Notes under the pieces: model-generated
What the model saw: the letters and a program-made list of their open reading frames with translations, nothing else
Told to the model about the DNA's origin: nothing
Database searches by the model: none
Translations under genes and position numbers: made by a program
In this document: piece by piece, positions 11,587 through 23,230 of the stretch
Layout: each line of letters opens with the position of its first letter
Position numbering within the stretch: position 1 is the first letter of the stretch
From: Octopus bimaculoides
Lineage: Eukaryota
NCBI RefSeq assembly: GCF_001194135.2
Contig: NC_068982.1
Location: 179,244,553 to 179,308,518 of the forward strand
DNA: 63,966 nucleotides
Reading direction: 5' to 3'

Positions 11587-11655
11587 TGCTCAGAAGCGAA
11601 CTCGGAATCCTGGGGTTAGTAGCTGGCACTCTTAACCACTACGCCATATGCCCGT
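11587..11655 (-). ncRNA. tRNA-like segment with Pol III A/B boxes (not a functional tRNA)
   Basis: GGGCATA-TGGCGTAGTGG-TTAAGAG..CTACTAA (7-nt anticodon-type loop)..GAGTTCGCTTC; the boxes are 32 nt apart; acceptor and anticodon stems pair poorly. Confidence 0.6.
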
Positions 11656-12222
11656 GGGTAATTATGAAGTGAATATTAGGGCTTATAAATCTAATGTTTT
11701 TCTATCCTTCCTTAATACGGTTCCCATATGTTGCTCATATCCGCAATCAGTTTGCTTAGGAGGTCATTTGTCCTAGCATACGTGCTGCTTCTTTTAGTTT
11801 TCGTATTTTCCAGTGGTGTTCTGTGATAGCGTCTAAGTGATGGGGCAGAGAGAGGGGTAGTAGTATGGAATGAAGAATTTAAGAATATAGATTAGGTGGT
11901 CGGACAGGTCAGTGCTTAGTAGTAGAAGGGTATATATATATGTGAAGATGTATACATATGTATATATCAGACATGTATATATATATTTATACAGATGTTT
12001 ATATATATCAATATCTACATATACAACTTGTACTCATATGTATATGTACACATGCACACCCATATATACGTGTATCTGTATGTATTATCTCATTCTGAAA
12101 AAATTATATATATNNNNNNNNNNNNNNNNNNNNNNNNNNNNNNNNNNNNNNNNNNNNNNNNNNNNNNNNNNNNNNNNNNNNNNNNNNNNNNNNNNNNNNN
12201 NNNNNNNNNNNNNNNNNNNNNN

Positions 12223-12262
<40 letters not shown>

Positions 12263-15200
12263 TTTATGGGCATAGCAATTATTCGTATGCAGGCTATTCC
12301 TGGTTTCGCGTAAAAAATAGACCGTAGGTAAATATTTGACAATTCATCAAAATTTGAGTCCTCTCAATACTTGCTTATAGAACACGATATATGCATACAT
12401 CCGTGTGCGCACTCACCACACAAACGTACACACACGCACGTGCACAATCTCGCTTACACATAGGCGATCATATTAACAACTGCACTATACATCTCTTCTA
12501 ATTCTCTCTTCACAAGTCAGATAAGATATATAACTTTTCGTATGTTTGTTTTATTTTCTGTTATTTGAAGCCTGCTATTTTATCTACATTATAATTCCTC
12601 ATCCACTCAGCGATAGAAGAGTAGCTTCTTTGCTAAGCACTAAGCTCTCAGCCGGCAAACTATTCCATTCATGAATAGTATTCATCAGTGAGTCTGTTGC
12701 ATTTTTTTTTTACCTAGTTAAATGAATGCTTATAATGTTTAATGTCGTTTGAATGCTACAGTCATTGAAAAGGAGAAAATAAAAGAACAATGCATTTCTG
12801 TTAGAAAATTAATTTATTTATAGATGATGTGACTTTGCGATGGATTTCACGGGGTTTATAACTTGAAATAATATTCATTCCTTGTGCAAGAGAACAAGAT
12901 TATCGATTGAACAAAACAAAATGCATACCTGAAGCAATTGCACATTATTCATTAGTTGACAATAACCAGGAAAATGGTGGTCTCAAGTAATATTTTTAAA
13001 TAATTCATAACATAATATTGCTATTAGAACTAATTATTTGAAGTGTTAGTTGAAATGTTAGTTGCTTTTGATTTTGATAAGTTTGTTGAGTGTAAGTAGT
13101 TTGCCCTGAAACCTCATAGAAAGCGTTGAATTCTTTGTTAGTTACAATTATGTTCGATCAAATGCATTCGTACTTATTGAAATTCATGTGTAACTGGTTC
13201 AATATTCCTCAGACAACATGTTTTTCACGACATTCTCAAACCGAATCAGCTATGTAACAATCCTGAATTATAAGTAACAATTCAAACACAAAATCGAAAC
13301 AAAGAGAGATGAATTGACACCAATGCCCGAATTTTATGTATGAATTATACAAGATGTCTCTGACATGATTTGAACGTAAAGAGCAAACAACTGAAGCGTA
13401 TACATAGCATATTATATCCGACGATCTAATGATTCTTTCAATTCACATGTTAACTAATTCATTACCAAAATATATTCAATCATAATTGTAGACTATAGTT
13501 TTGTCTGCAACATATTTGTTCCATTTTAAAAGTAAGTGTTAAAGATTTTCTGTCATAAATCTAAATTCTTCCTCAGTTGCAGTATACGACAAAGTATGTA
13601 GTTCCATGATTTACTGCTCTAGCTGCAAACAAAATATTTATCTATGAGACTATTTATCATATATTACAGATTTGGTAATATTCAGATTTATGCATATGTA
13701 ATTTATCAAGTACACCGTAAACAATGTATTAAGATATCGCACTTAATTACATATCATCTTTACTTCTTAGCGCCACCAATTTGATGGCCAAGTGTTACAG
13801 GCAGCCAGGAATTCTTGGACATAATCTTGATATGAATGTTGACCATGAGTGATGAGTCGCATACTGAATGATTTCACGTAGTCTGATTGGCGACAGATAT
13901 TAAATAAATATAAAAAAACTAAAGCAGCATCTACTTCTATTCAATTGGAAATATGACATCATTTGCAAGTGGATGAATGACTGTCATTTAAACCGAGCAT
14001 TGTGTAAGTTTCTGTCACAAAAATAGTAAAATTATGTTTAATGGGAGTGGTGAAGATTGTATGAAAATGTTTGCAGTATTTAGGTTAAAACCACATATGA
14101 TTACTAGAGATAACTAATAAGTTATATATCAACGTCAGACAATCATACTGGCATAAATTGTGCTTGGAGAACTATGAACAGTGTCAACCACTAAAAAATA
14201 TGATATTTACAAAGATTAAAACCTACTTTAGGAAAAGTTATTGGTTGATGACAGACTGATTATATACTTCTATATAGTAATTTCACTACCATACAAAATA
14301 AAAAAAAAATAATAATAACGTTAAGTTATGGTTTGAGATTAAATCTGGTAGATGATGAATCTTATAAACACAATAAGAGAAACTATAGGGACACTAAATA
14401 TTTGACTTTATAAGTGCCTAACACCGCTACACAGTAAATTAAAAAAGAGAAATTGATTGAATTGACACCAATGTATTACTGATACGTATTTCATATTCCT
14501 TGGAATATAATTCAAATCACATCAAAATATGGTATGGCTTTCAAAGCATAAAAGATGTAACTAAACTTCAAATGACAGTGTTTTTTTGATTTTTTTTTTT
14601 TCGAAAATTTCTCCTTCCTTATTGTGCCAGTATGATGAAGATTTATAATTTCAAGTCTTTGAGATATTCTTTGAAGTGAGAGAAAATGGGATTGAATCAA
14701 CCTCCAACTTCTACATACAATTTACAATACTTTTCCTATAAAATACAACTAAAATTATGTTATTTACTTGGATTCAAGGCTACATGCAGAAGTAAGTTAT
14801 CTTCGTGTTTTTATGGGCGTATGTGTGTTTTGTTTCGCTGTTCGATGGCTGAAGTATTAATTTACCTTTATTATCAGACATCCCAGTCATGGAAGTATTT
14901 TTCTCTGTTAGATAATATTTATCTAGAGTCTGTTAGTAGTTTCAGAAGGTTTCCTAGAAAGAAAGACAACTAAATTCGAACTATGACTTCTTCCATTCGT
15001 TTGGCGAACGGTGTGTAGGAATGTGTGAGTGTGTGTTATTGATGCTTTTGCTGTTTACTGTTTTCATGTCATTTTCTGTCAGAAATTATTATATATTTAG
15101 CTACATGAAATATATGCTTCCGCAGAGGTATTAAAGTTGTTTTCTTTCTTCTGTTTACTGTCTAAAAAAATTGTATTTGTTTACGTTCAACTTTTGGGGG

Positions 15201-15397
15201 ATGGTGGGGCTTAACGCTGTAGCCATTTTGGTTTTTACGAGCGGCAGAAAAGAAAAAAATTCACAAATTGAGTCTATTTTTTTCACAAATAAAGAAAAAA
15301 TTACTACAAACAATTTAATTACTACAAATAATTTAATTACTACAGGAATAAATTCGTGATATGGAAGAATCATACGAAACATATCCTATTATCAAAA

Positions 15398-15470
<73 letters not shown>

Positions 15471-15518
15471 GGTGGTGGTGGCGGTGGTGGTGATGATGAT
15501 GATGATGATGATGATGAT
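15398..15518. repeat. Compound trinucleotide microsatellite (TAG)n(TGG)n(TGA)n
   Basis: Seen directly; accounts for the poly-V/T/H/Y ORFs. Confidence 0.95.
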
Positions 15519-15623
15519 AACAATAATTACACCCGGGACGTTGTAAGAGCGATAAAACACTGCCCCGAAATCTATCCAAAAATATCAGGAATAAAGACAT
15601 CAAATGGAGCCTAAAATAACTGG

Positions 15624-15922
15624 CAAAGTGTTGGACTTTATCCGAGTAAGTAATACTCATTGAAATTTATTTTTATTTTCCGACTGAAATGATGTACTTT
15701 AACTGTGTGTCATCTCCGACACTTGCATAACACGTGTAAACACGCTCACCTCACTGACAAAGTGCTGGGCTATACCCGAAAAAGTAATATTCATTAAAAG
15801 TGTTGGACTGTATTTGTGTAAGAAATAGTAAAATGTATTTCTATTTTCCAAATGAAATGATGTAGTTTAAATGTGTATCATCTCCATTGCTAATACAACA
15901 CGTGTAAATACCCTCGCCACAT
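15624..15922 (+). repeat. Diverged tandem duplication (about 130-bp unit, with a partial middle unit)
   Basis: aaagtgttggact..gaaatgatgta.tttaa.tgtgt.tcatctcc..acacgtgtaaa occurs at about 15624-15758 and 15797-15922; partial unit at 15759-15795. Confidence 0.75.
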
Positions 15923-16131
15923 TACGATCCAATCAATATCTGGCCATCTCCGTCCCCAAACACCATTCACAAAAAAATAGAAATAAATTAAATAATACCT
16001 ATATTATTCAACCCGAGTGTAACAATCGCGAAGTATGTACTTTAAACTTGCTACACAAAAAGTACGAAAAGCTACACGTGCAAAACCATTTAACAGCAGA
16101 AATGGACAAGATGGGAGAATGTAGTTGAGAG

Positions 16132-16390
16132 GAAAGTGACCTGGGCTGACAGGTGGAAACCGAGCCTTACCGTATTAAATTCCTCATCCAGGCAGTGTAC
16201 GATGTGCTTCCAAGCCTATCAAACTTGCACACATGGGGCATAGCAGAGACACCAGCATACCCGTTGGGTTCCAGGCAAGGAACCCTGGAACACATCCTCA
16301 GATGGTCCTTATACCATTGCTGATGCCATCAGCACAGGACTTGTGTGGCGAAGCGGTTCCGACCTTCCAAGAAAACCATCGCCTTTGTCA
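16132..16390 (+). mobile_element. Fragment of a HERO-like non-LTR retrotransposon (zinc-knuckle region)
   Basis: EPYRIKFLIQAVYDVLPSLSNLHTWGIAETPAYPLGSRQGTLEHIL matches the recalled IKFLIQ.VYDVLPSPSNL..WG....P.C.LC...GTLEHILS motif, with the Cys residues mutated. Confidence 0.8.
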
Positions 16391-16400
16391 TATATATGTA

Positions 16401-16474
<74 letters not shown>

Positions 16475-16846
16475 TTGNNNNNNNNNNNNNNNNNNNNNNN
16501 NNNNNNNNNNNNNNNNNNNNNNNNNNNNNNNNNNNNNNNNNNNNNNNNNNNNNNNNNNNNNNNNNNNNNNNNNNNNNNNNNNNNNNNNNNNNNNNNNNNN
16601 NNNNNNNNNNNNNNNNNNNNNNNNNNNNNNNNNNNNNNNNNNNNNNNNNNNNNNNNNNNNNNNNNNNNNNNNNNNNNNNNNNNNNNNNNNNNNNNNNNNN
16701 NNNNNNNNNNNNNNNNNNNNNNNNNNNNNNNNNNNNNNNNNNNNNNNNNNNNNNNNNNNNNNNNNNNNNNNNNNNNNNNNNNNNNNNNNNNNNNNNNNNN
16801 NNNNNNNNNNNNNNNNNNNNNNNNNNNNNNNNNNNNNNNNNNNNNN

Positions 16847-17139
16847 CTTTTATACAAAAAGTACAAGATGCACCTCGTCACAGACTATCAGATGTGTTTC
16901 GATAGGAATTACTCTCGTACTATCGATTATTATTAGAGCCTTGAGAACAATAGCCAAAAATTTGAGAACAGACATTGAAAACTAGGTCCTAACTTGTATG
17001 TAGGTACAGTAGAGAAAATATGTGTTCTGGCTTCAGCAAAAGTACTTATTACATTATTAGAACAGTTCTAAAATCTTTTATACAAAAAGTACAAGATGCA
17101 CCTCGTCACAGACTATCAGATGTGTTTCGATAGGAATTA
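16847..17139 (+). repeat. 65-bp exact direct repeat (16847-16911 and 17075-17139) abutting an N-gap
   Basis: Identical sequence cttttatacaaaaagtacaag..gataggaatta. Confidence 0.9.
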
Positions 17140-17187
17140 TAATTAAACTGAGTACAATACTGATTCCGTGAAACAACAGAACTTATT

Positions 17188-17330
17188 GACAGAATCGTTA
17201 GCACGCCGGACAAAATGCTTAGCGGTATTTTGTTCGTCTTTGCGTTCTGATTTTCCGCCGAGGTCGACTTTACCTTTCATCATTTTGGGGTCGATGAATT
17301 AAGTGCCGGTTGAGTACCGGGATTGCACCC
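17188..17330 (+). mobile_element. SINE of the 8619-8829 family, followed by (AAT)n
   Basis: gacagaatcgttagcacgccgg..aaatgcttagcggtatt..ccgccgaggtcgactttacctttcatc..ggggtcgat. Confidence 0.88.
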
Positions 17331-17342
17331 ATAGAAGAAAGG

Positions 17343-17390
<48 letters not shown>

Positions 17391-17906
17391 CATCAAAAAC
17401 AGTGACGTCTGCAAAGTCGATAACGCTCAGGACGATGCGAACGATAATAATGATGATGATGATGCTGACGATTATGATGATCTATTCCATTCGCTGATGC
17501 ATGAAGCGACATATATTGATGTGAGGGGAGTTGTCAAGTACGTTATGTTTTATTTCTTCCATATCTGAGAAACCAGAATCTAGATCTAAAAACATTTACA
17601 ATATCAACGAGCAATGAGCAAATTAAGAAACCATTAATTTCACGTATTCATTAAATAATTAACATACTTCGATGATTTAATCCGACTGATTTAACGCATT
17701 TTAAATTTTCCAGTCTTGTCTTTTATAAACGAGTTTTATTGCCGTTGCCTCTCAAATGGAGGATATTAAAGAGCAGCAATGGAGCTGGACTAAACGACGC
17801 CATTTCACTTTATTAATTTTTTGTTTTTTCAATGAATTAATGTTGAATTCATAAAATTCATGTACAAGTCTGACATTCAAAGAAAAGAAATGTTTGCTAT
17901 ACATAC

Positions 17907-18095
17907 TGGCATGTACGTAGATAGAAGGTCTGGTTCACACTCTTTACACTGTGTTCAAGTTCTGTCGATGTCAACTTTGAGTTCATCCTTTCATGTTCAA
18001 TGTATACAACACTAGTACAGAATTGTGGTTTGCCAGAATTCTTTGTGTGAGGCGATATCTCATACAGCGCTTCGTTGTATTCTGACATAAAATTT
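17907..18095 (-). CDS. Candidate coding exon of an uncharacterised gene
   Basis: Acceptor tttattctttctccag, donor CA|GTATGT; 189 nt, open after 1 nt: NFMSEYNEALYEISPHTKNSGKPQFCTSVVYIEHERMNSKLTSTELEHSVKSVNQTFYLRTC. Confidence 0.5.
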
Positions 18096-18406
18096 CTGGA
18101 GAAAGAATAAAGCTTGTTTCGAGAAATACTTCAGCACCAGAAACACTTAGACATCGGGTAAGTCTTCCAAAGTCTCAACTTTGCAGACTAATCAGTAATT
18201 ACCGAATGTTAGTATCGACACTGGTATTGCAAATACATTGGGATATTGTCTCCATTTTAGAAGAGAACTCCGAATGCCATATTTTTCTAAGTCTGATGTA
18301 ATATTTTCAAGTCATCAATTTTTATTCATAGCAAATTCATGTATAAGTTTTCAGCAATGTTTTGGTATTTATGGCAACCTTTGTGTGAAATAGACCGCTG
18401 ATGTAC

Positions 18407-18482
18407 TGATTTCGTGTTTGGGTAACTGATTTTCCAGGTTCAACGCTTGAATAAGAACACATCTTTTGACCAAATTCTGTTT
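18407..18482 (-). CDS. Candidate 76-nt exon joining 19638-19764 and 17907-18095 in frame
   Basis: Acceptor ctgatatag, weak donor CA|GTACAT; TEFGQKMCSYSSVEPGKSVTQTRN; phases compatible with both neighbours. Confidence 0.3.
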
Positions 18483-18590
18483 CTATATCAGCAGAAATGC
18501 TATTAATTCCAGCTGTCTTTTTTCTTTTGGCATTGTATGCGTTTTTTACCAAACACCCTTTAGTCATTCACAAATTATGGATTGCAATAG

Positions 18591-18645
<55 letters not shown>

Positions 18646-18678
18646 GCATCTGTCTATTTGTCTGTCTGTCTGTCTGTC

Positions 18679-18728
<50 letters not shown>

Positions 18729-18740
18729 GATAAATAGATA
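18591..18740. repeat. (TCTA)n-(TCTG)n-(GATA)n compound microsatellite, self-complementary
   Basis: Seen directly in the sequence. Confidence 0.95.
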
Positions 18741-19375
18741 TGTATGATATGTATGTAGTGTCATGTGTGTTTCTCTCTTTCTCTGAATTTTTCACGCATG
18801 TGAGACATAGTTGTTAATCTGTAAAAGCAAATCTGTCACCGATAAACCTTGGAAGCGTGTAGTGACCAACTTATATGTGTATCACAGCCATGAAATAATA
18901 TAATGGCCTATGAAATAGCATATGGTTCCAATTTTCTGTATTCCCACGTTGAATGTAATATTATAGGACTCTTAATGCCTTAGTTTCTTGTTGTTAAGAA
19001 AGCATAACTTATATTTTACAGAAACTAAATATATTGATAGAAGATTAATACGAGATTTCGTATTGTAACTAGATTTCAAATTGTGTCAATCGGTTATTAA
19101 CTTCATGTCGAGTAAATTTAATGTACTCGTGCTGTGACCATTGTTCCAAAATCACGTATAATTTCGAAATACAATTTTACAATGATATAATATAAATGTA
19201 TAAGCCTAAAATCATTTTTTTCCCAAATTCTATAATGATAAATCATGAGTCTAATATTCAGTAATCTAAAATGTCATATTTGAAAATTATTATTCTCAAA
19301 TTCAAATTTGTCAAAGATATTTCAAATACGTTCCCCATTCTATATATTTGCAACTCAGACATGGTAGAGTACATT

Positions 19376-19573
19376 AGGAATGAGCCTTTTAAAGACACAT
19401 CTTTACTGACTACTTTCAAACTGCAAACCATACCGCCATCCTTATCCGGTAGAAATTCCTCGGATTTAGGAATGAGCCTTTCGGAATGAGCCTTTTATAG
19501 ACACGTCTTTACTGACTACTTGAAAATTGCGAACCATACCACCATCATTGTTCAGTAGAAATTCATCGGATTT
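19376..19573 (+). repeat. About 92-bp tandem duplication with a 15-bp partial unit between the copies
   Basis: Units 19376-19467 and 19483-19573 (ggaatgagcctttt..tactgactact..agaaattc.tcggattt). Confidence 0.9.
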
Positions 19574-19637
19574 AAAACATAAATATGAAATATCTTCTTG
19601 CATTGCAGCCCTACGTGAACTGAGTTGTAATACATAC

Positions 19638-19764
19638 CATTTTCTAGATCTAAGAGATATTGGTGAATATATGTGTTTCTTTCGTTTAATCCTTTTCTAA
19701 CGGCTACCCAGCTTGTTGAATACCTCCAGCTGCGACATTTCCCTTTATTGCATTTATATGTCAC
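19638..19764 (-). CDS. Candidate coding exon of an uncharacterised gene
   Basis: Acceptor tttatttggatatag, donor ATG|GTATGT; 127 nt, only one frame open: VTYKCNKGKCRSWRYSTSWVAVRKGLNERNTYIHQYLLDLEN. Confidence 0.4.
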
Positions 19765-20619
19765 CTATATCCAAATAAAGCTTAATATAAATGCATAACA
19801 GCTGGAAAACTCTTTTAAAGTTACAATGTTATATTTGATATGTACTTAATACAAAACAATGAAAACTGTAGAACTTTCTAACATTCATTAACTAGAAATA
19901 GTGATGCTCTTGTTTTCGAGATTTTATACAAGTAATCCTATACCTTAGGTCAAAGACATCGTCAATTCTGAAAAGTTTCATTTAATTTATATTTTCGAAA
20001 ACGAAATAAGATAAGCAGAAATTTTTGAAGATTGGAAAAATTCCCATTTTAAATTTAATTTCGTCTAAATATTTTGCATATTCTTTTGTTTGATGATTTC
20101 CGACTTGGCAATGAATTGAAACTGCTATCTTTTCTTTCTCCAATACTTTGTGTTGTGAGAGGAAAATAATTTTCATTTCTGAAATAAGTTTCTGGACGAT
20201 AGGGTTTGAAAAATACAAAAATGAAATGCTAGTACTTGTGTTTTGAGTTATAAAACAAATAAGAATTACTTTTTCTTCTCAGTAGATGGGAAAACTTAGT
20301 AAGGCTTAAAAGATAGGTGATTTATTTCTAGGGTGTACTGTGTTTCAGAAACTACCGTTATCACTAAATTATTTAGGCTGAATGTATAATTCTAGAACAA
20401 ATGTCTAAATGTATGTGATACATGTTTAAAATTACAATTATTGCTCTAATGGTTTATCTTTGGAGTTAAACACTTATAAATATTTATATGAATTGTTAGT
20501 TTGAACTGGTTTCTGATATCTTAATCCTAGGTATATAGATATTATCACACCGTATCACTAGGAACCTTTATTCCTAAACTAAAAATCGACCACTGGCTCA
20601 GGTACCTGTGACAGTAGTC

Positions 20620-21230
20620 GTGTCGATATGTGGTCCAGTAGTTTGGTGTATAATTGGGGAAGTAATGGAGTTGATATACAACAGTGGTTTTAGTGGATAA
20701 GTGGGACAAGGGCGAGTGGAGAAATGAAGCACTTCATTGCAGTTATGTTGGTTGGTCACCGGTTGGATAAGTCAGACTATAATACGGGGGAAAATTGCAG
20801 TGTGGCACTGTGGGTAAGTAGGACAGTGACATGGTTGATAAGTGGAGGAATGGTCTGGTTGATGAGTGGTACAATGGCTAAATGGATAAGTGTAGAAGTG
20901 ACCTAGTAGATAAAATGGGCAGTGGCCCAATGGATAAGTGGGAGCATGACTTGGTGGATAAGTGGACATTGGCCTTGTGAATAAGTGAGTCAGATATTTA
21001 GTGGTGTATGAACTAGTGTGGACATGAGAGAATGGTCTTATAATCCCATGGAATTATGAAGTACAGTGTTGTAGTACATAACTGTGATAGTGGTTTGGTA
21101 AGTGAGGCGATGGTTGAGGTGAAAATAAGATAGTGGTTTACTGGAATGGATTAATGCTACAACCTAATGGTAGTTACTCAGCCAGTGGCTTGGTGGTTTA
21201 GTGAGCTAGTAGCTTGGTAGATGAGGTCCT
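20620..21230. repeat. Degenerate G-rich minisatellite (about 23-24-bp period; recurring GGATAAGTGG)
   Basis: Repeated ggataagtg/gtggtt motifs; the minus-strand translation shows roughly 8-aa periodicity (TYP...). Confidence 0.7.
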
Positions 21231-22820
21231 TTTTTCATATTTAGTTTAGATGAAATAGCTTCTAACAGCGATAGATGTACAAACAAACCAAAACGTCAAA
21301 TAACAATAATTATTAAAATTTCTTTCATCTTTAAAATTGGTTAATGATCCGAAAAATCATAATTTAATTCATAGTTCTGAAATCCCATAAAGAGGGAACA
21401 ATGTAATTTTTTCTCAAATCGTTTCCTAATCTTTCGCCTATGCTATCTTTTATATTTTACGTTTCCTTCATATAGGCATAAAAGGATATATACCTCTTCG
21501 AAAATATTTCCGTTCATAAATATTTCTTTCCTTTTTGTATTTATGTTCGATTTCTGGTCATTAATGAAATTTTCAAAAGAAGCTATTTTATAAATGTAGT
21601 TGCCATTTATAAACTGGTTCTGGGAAGTATTCCTGGCAGAAAAAAAAACGTGAATGGCGGATTAACTAAGCTAGGAATCTAGGTCGTTATACTTATACAT
21701 AAAATACAGTCTGCTACTATATTTATTTGCCGTTCTGATGTGAGTTTGAATGAACTAATCAATGTCCCAGTTATTTAGTCACATTACTACTATCTGTTCT
21801 CTAATGTTGATAATAAATTTCATTCATATTCTTGTATAATAATGGAAGTAAAGTAGACGAGACAGTATTGAAAAGATTATACCTTGGCTAAGAATGCAAC
21901 TAATATCTTCTGAATGATACAATATATTGGCATTTGGCTTCTGAATTGTTAATGAGCTTTTAATTAAAATCCTGATAACATGATAACAACAACGAAATCA
22001 CCGTTTGTAAAGAGAATGTGTATTATACACGAACCATTAGAGCTCTTTAATATTCGCATACATACCCATATGCTTAATCATAAGCATTCACTCACAGACA
22101 CATTCAGGTACAGACATTCACATTCATCCTCTTTTTCTTTTATTTTCGTCTTCCATATTTCTTCTCATCTCCTTTAACTGTCTGTCTCAAAGTTACATAT
22201 GCATAAAATATTTCATTAACAAATATCAGAGACTAAATTAGAAATGATACAAAGTGTATAAATTAATAATCCTGTATAGAAGAATCTATATCAAAAGGAA
22301 TGCTAAGATCTTTACCACCTGATTGGTCTCACATTTATTGTATAAGATCATATATAATACTTAGCAACCAATGACAATCAATATTTACTAAGGCCATAAT
22401 CAAACTAATTAGTATGCTTATAATATTCAATCTTATGAGCGTCTTAACTTCTCTCTGTTCTCTCCGCTTGCAGACAGTGAAATAGCAATACATATTAAAA
22501 TTTTATGTTATATGCCACTAAATAACTGCGAACTGGTGAAGCATTGCCCATCATCATTTTGTATTATGTTTGTTGCAATTCTGATTTTGCAATTCTGTTC
22601 AAATACAGAGTAAATTATTGAATTATTTCTGGGTATAGTAATTAGGAAACAGAATCTAATCAATACTTCTGTTTAGACAACAAAATTATTGGCATACATA
22701 TGCGTGTGTGCGATGTGTGTATATGTGTGTGTATATGTAAATGCATATGTATGTATGTATATATATAAATTTAGAGGTAATACTTGACAATTGTAAGCAC
22801 CTGTGTATTTCAGCTAGTGG

Positions 22821-22870
<50 letters not shown>

Positions 22871-23230
22871 TTATTTATAGTGGCCGCCTTCTCAAAGCTT
22901 TAGACTTTTAGGGAAAAAAATAATTCGATTTTAAATAAATTAATGTCTACAAAAATATATTAATAGAATTCTCAAAATTAAAGAAATTCTTGAACCAGGC
23001 AACTAGGCGAATTTTAAAAATATAAAAGGAAGCTTATATTAAAGTTATATAGGAAACTAAATTAGTACCTACATATGTATGTGTATGTATATGTGTGTAC
23101 ATATGCATGAATGTATGCATGTGTGTATGTATTTATTTGTATATCTAGCTATACTAGAGTAAGCACATAAATGTGAAACAAGGTGGCAAAACACAGTACT
23201 CGAATTCTAGAGGTAGGGTTATTTGCTTTA

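Larger units (their letters stand above)
11271..11930 (-). mobile_element. Penelope-like element 3' end: endonuclease C-terminus, tRNA-like cassette and hammerhead; interrupted by a duplicated local segment
   Basis: Minus strand about 11840-11705 reads ITEHHWKIRKLKEAARMLG / DLLSKLIADMSNIWEP (frameshifted; resembles PLE GIY-YIG C-termini). A box 11636-11646, B box 11593-11603, HHR 11317-11362. Confidence 0.7.

Noticed and set aside
11587-11655. Functional tRNA gene (anticodon ACT)
   Set aside because: Acceptor and anticodon stems pair poorly, the B box is altered (GTTCGCTTC), and it lies within a retroelement.
12824-12986. Plus-strand exon DVTLRWISRGL*LEIIFIPCAREQ..
   Set aside because: In-frame TAA at 12859 and no recognisable domain; at best a pseudo-exon.
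13767-13882. Minus-strand terminal exon for the 17.9-19.8 kb module
   Set aside because: Two frames give plausible short peptides and the acceptor is mediocre; cannot be chosen from sequence alone.
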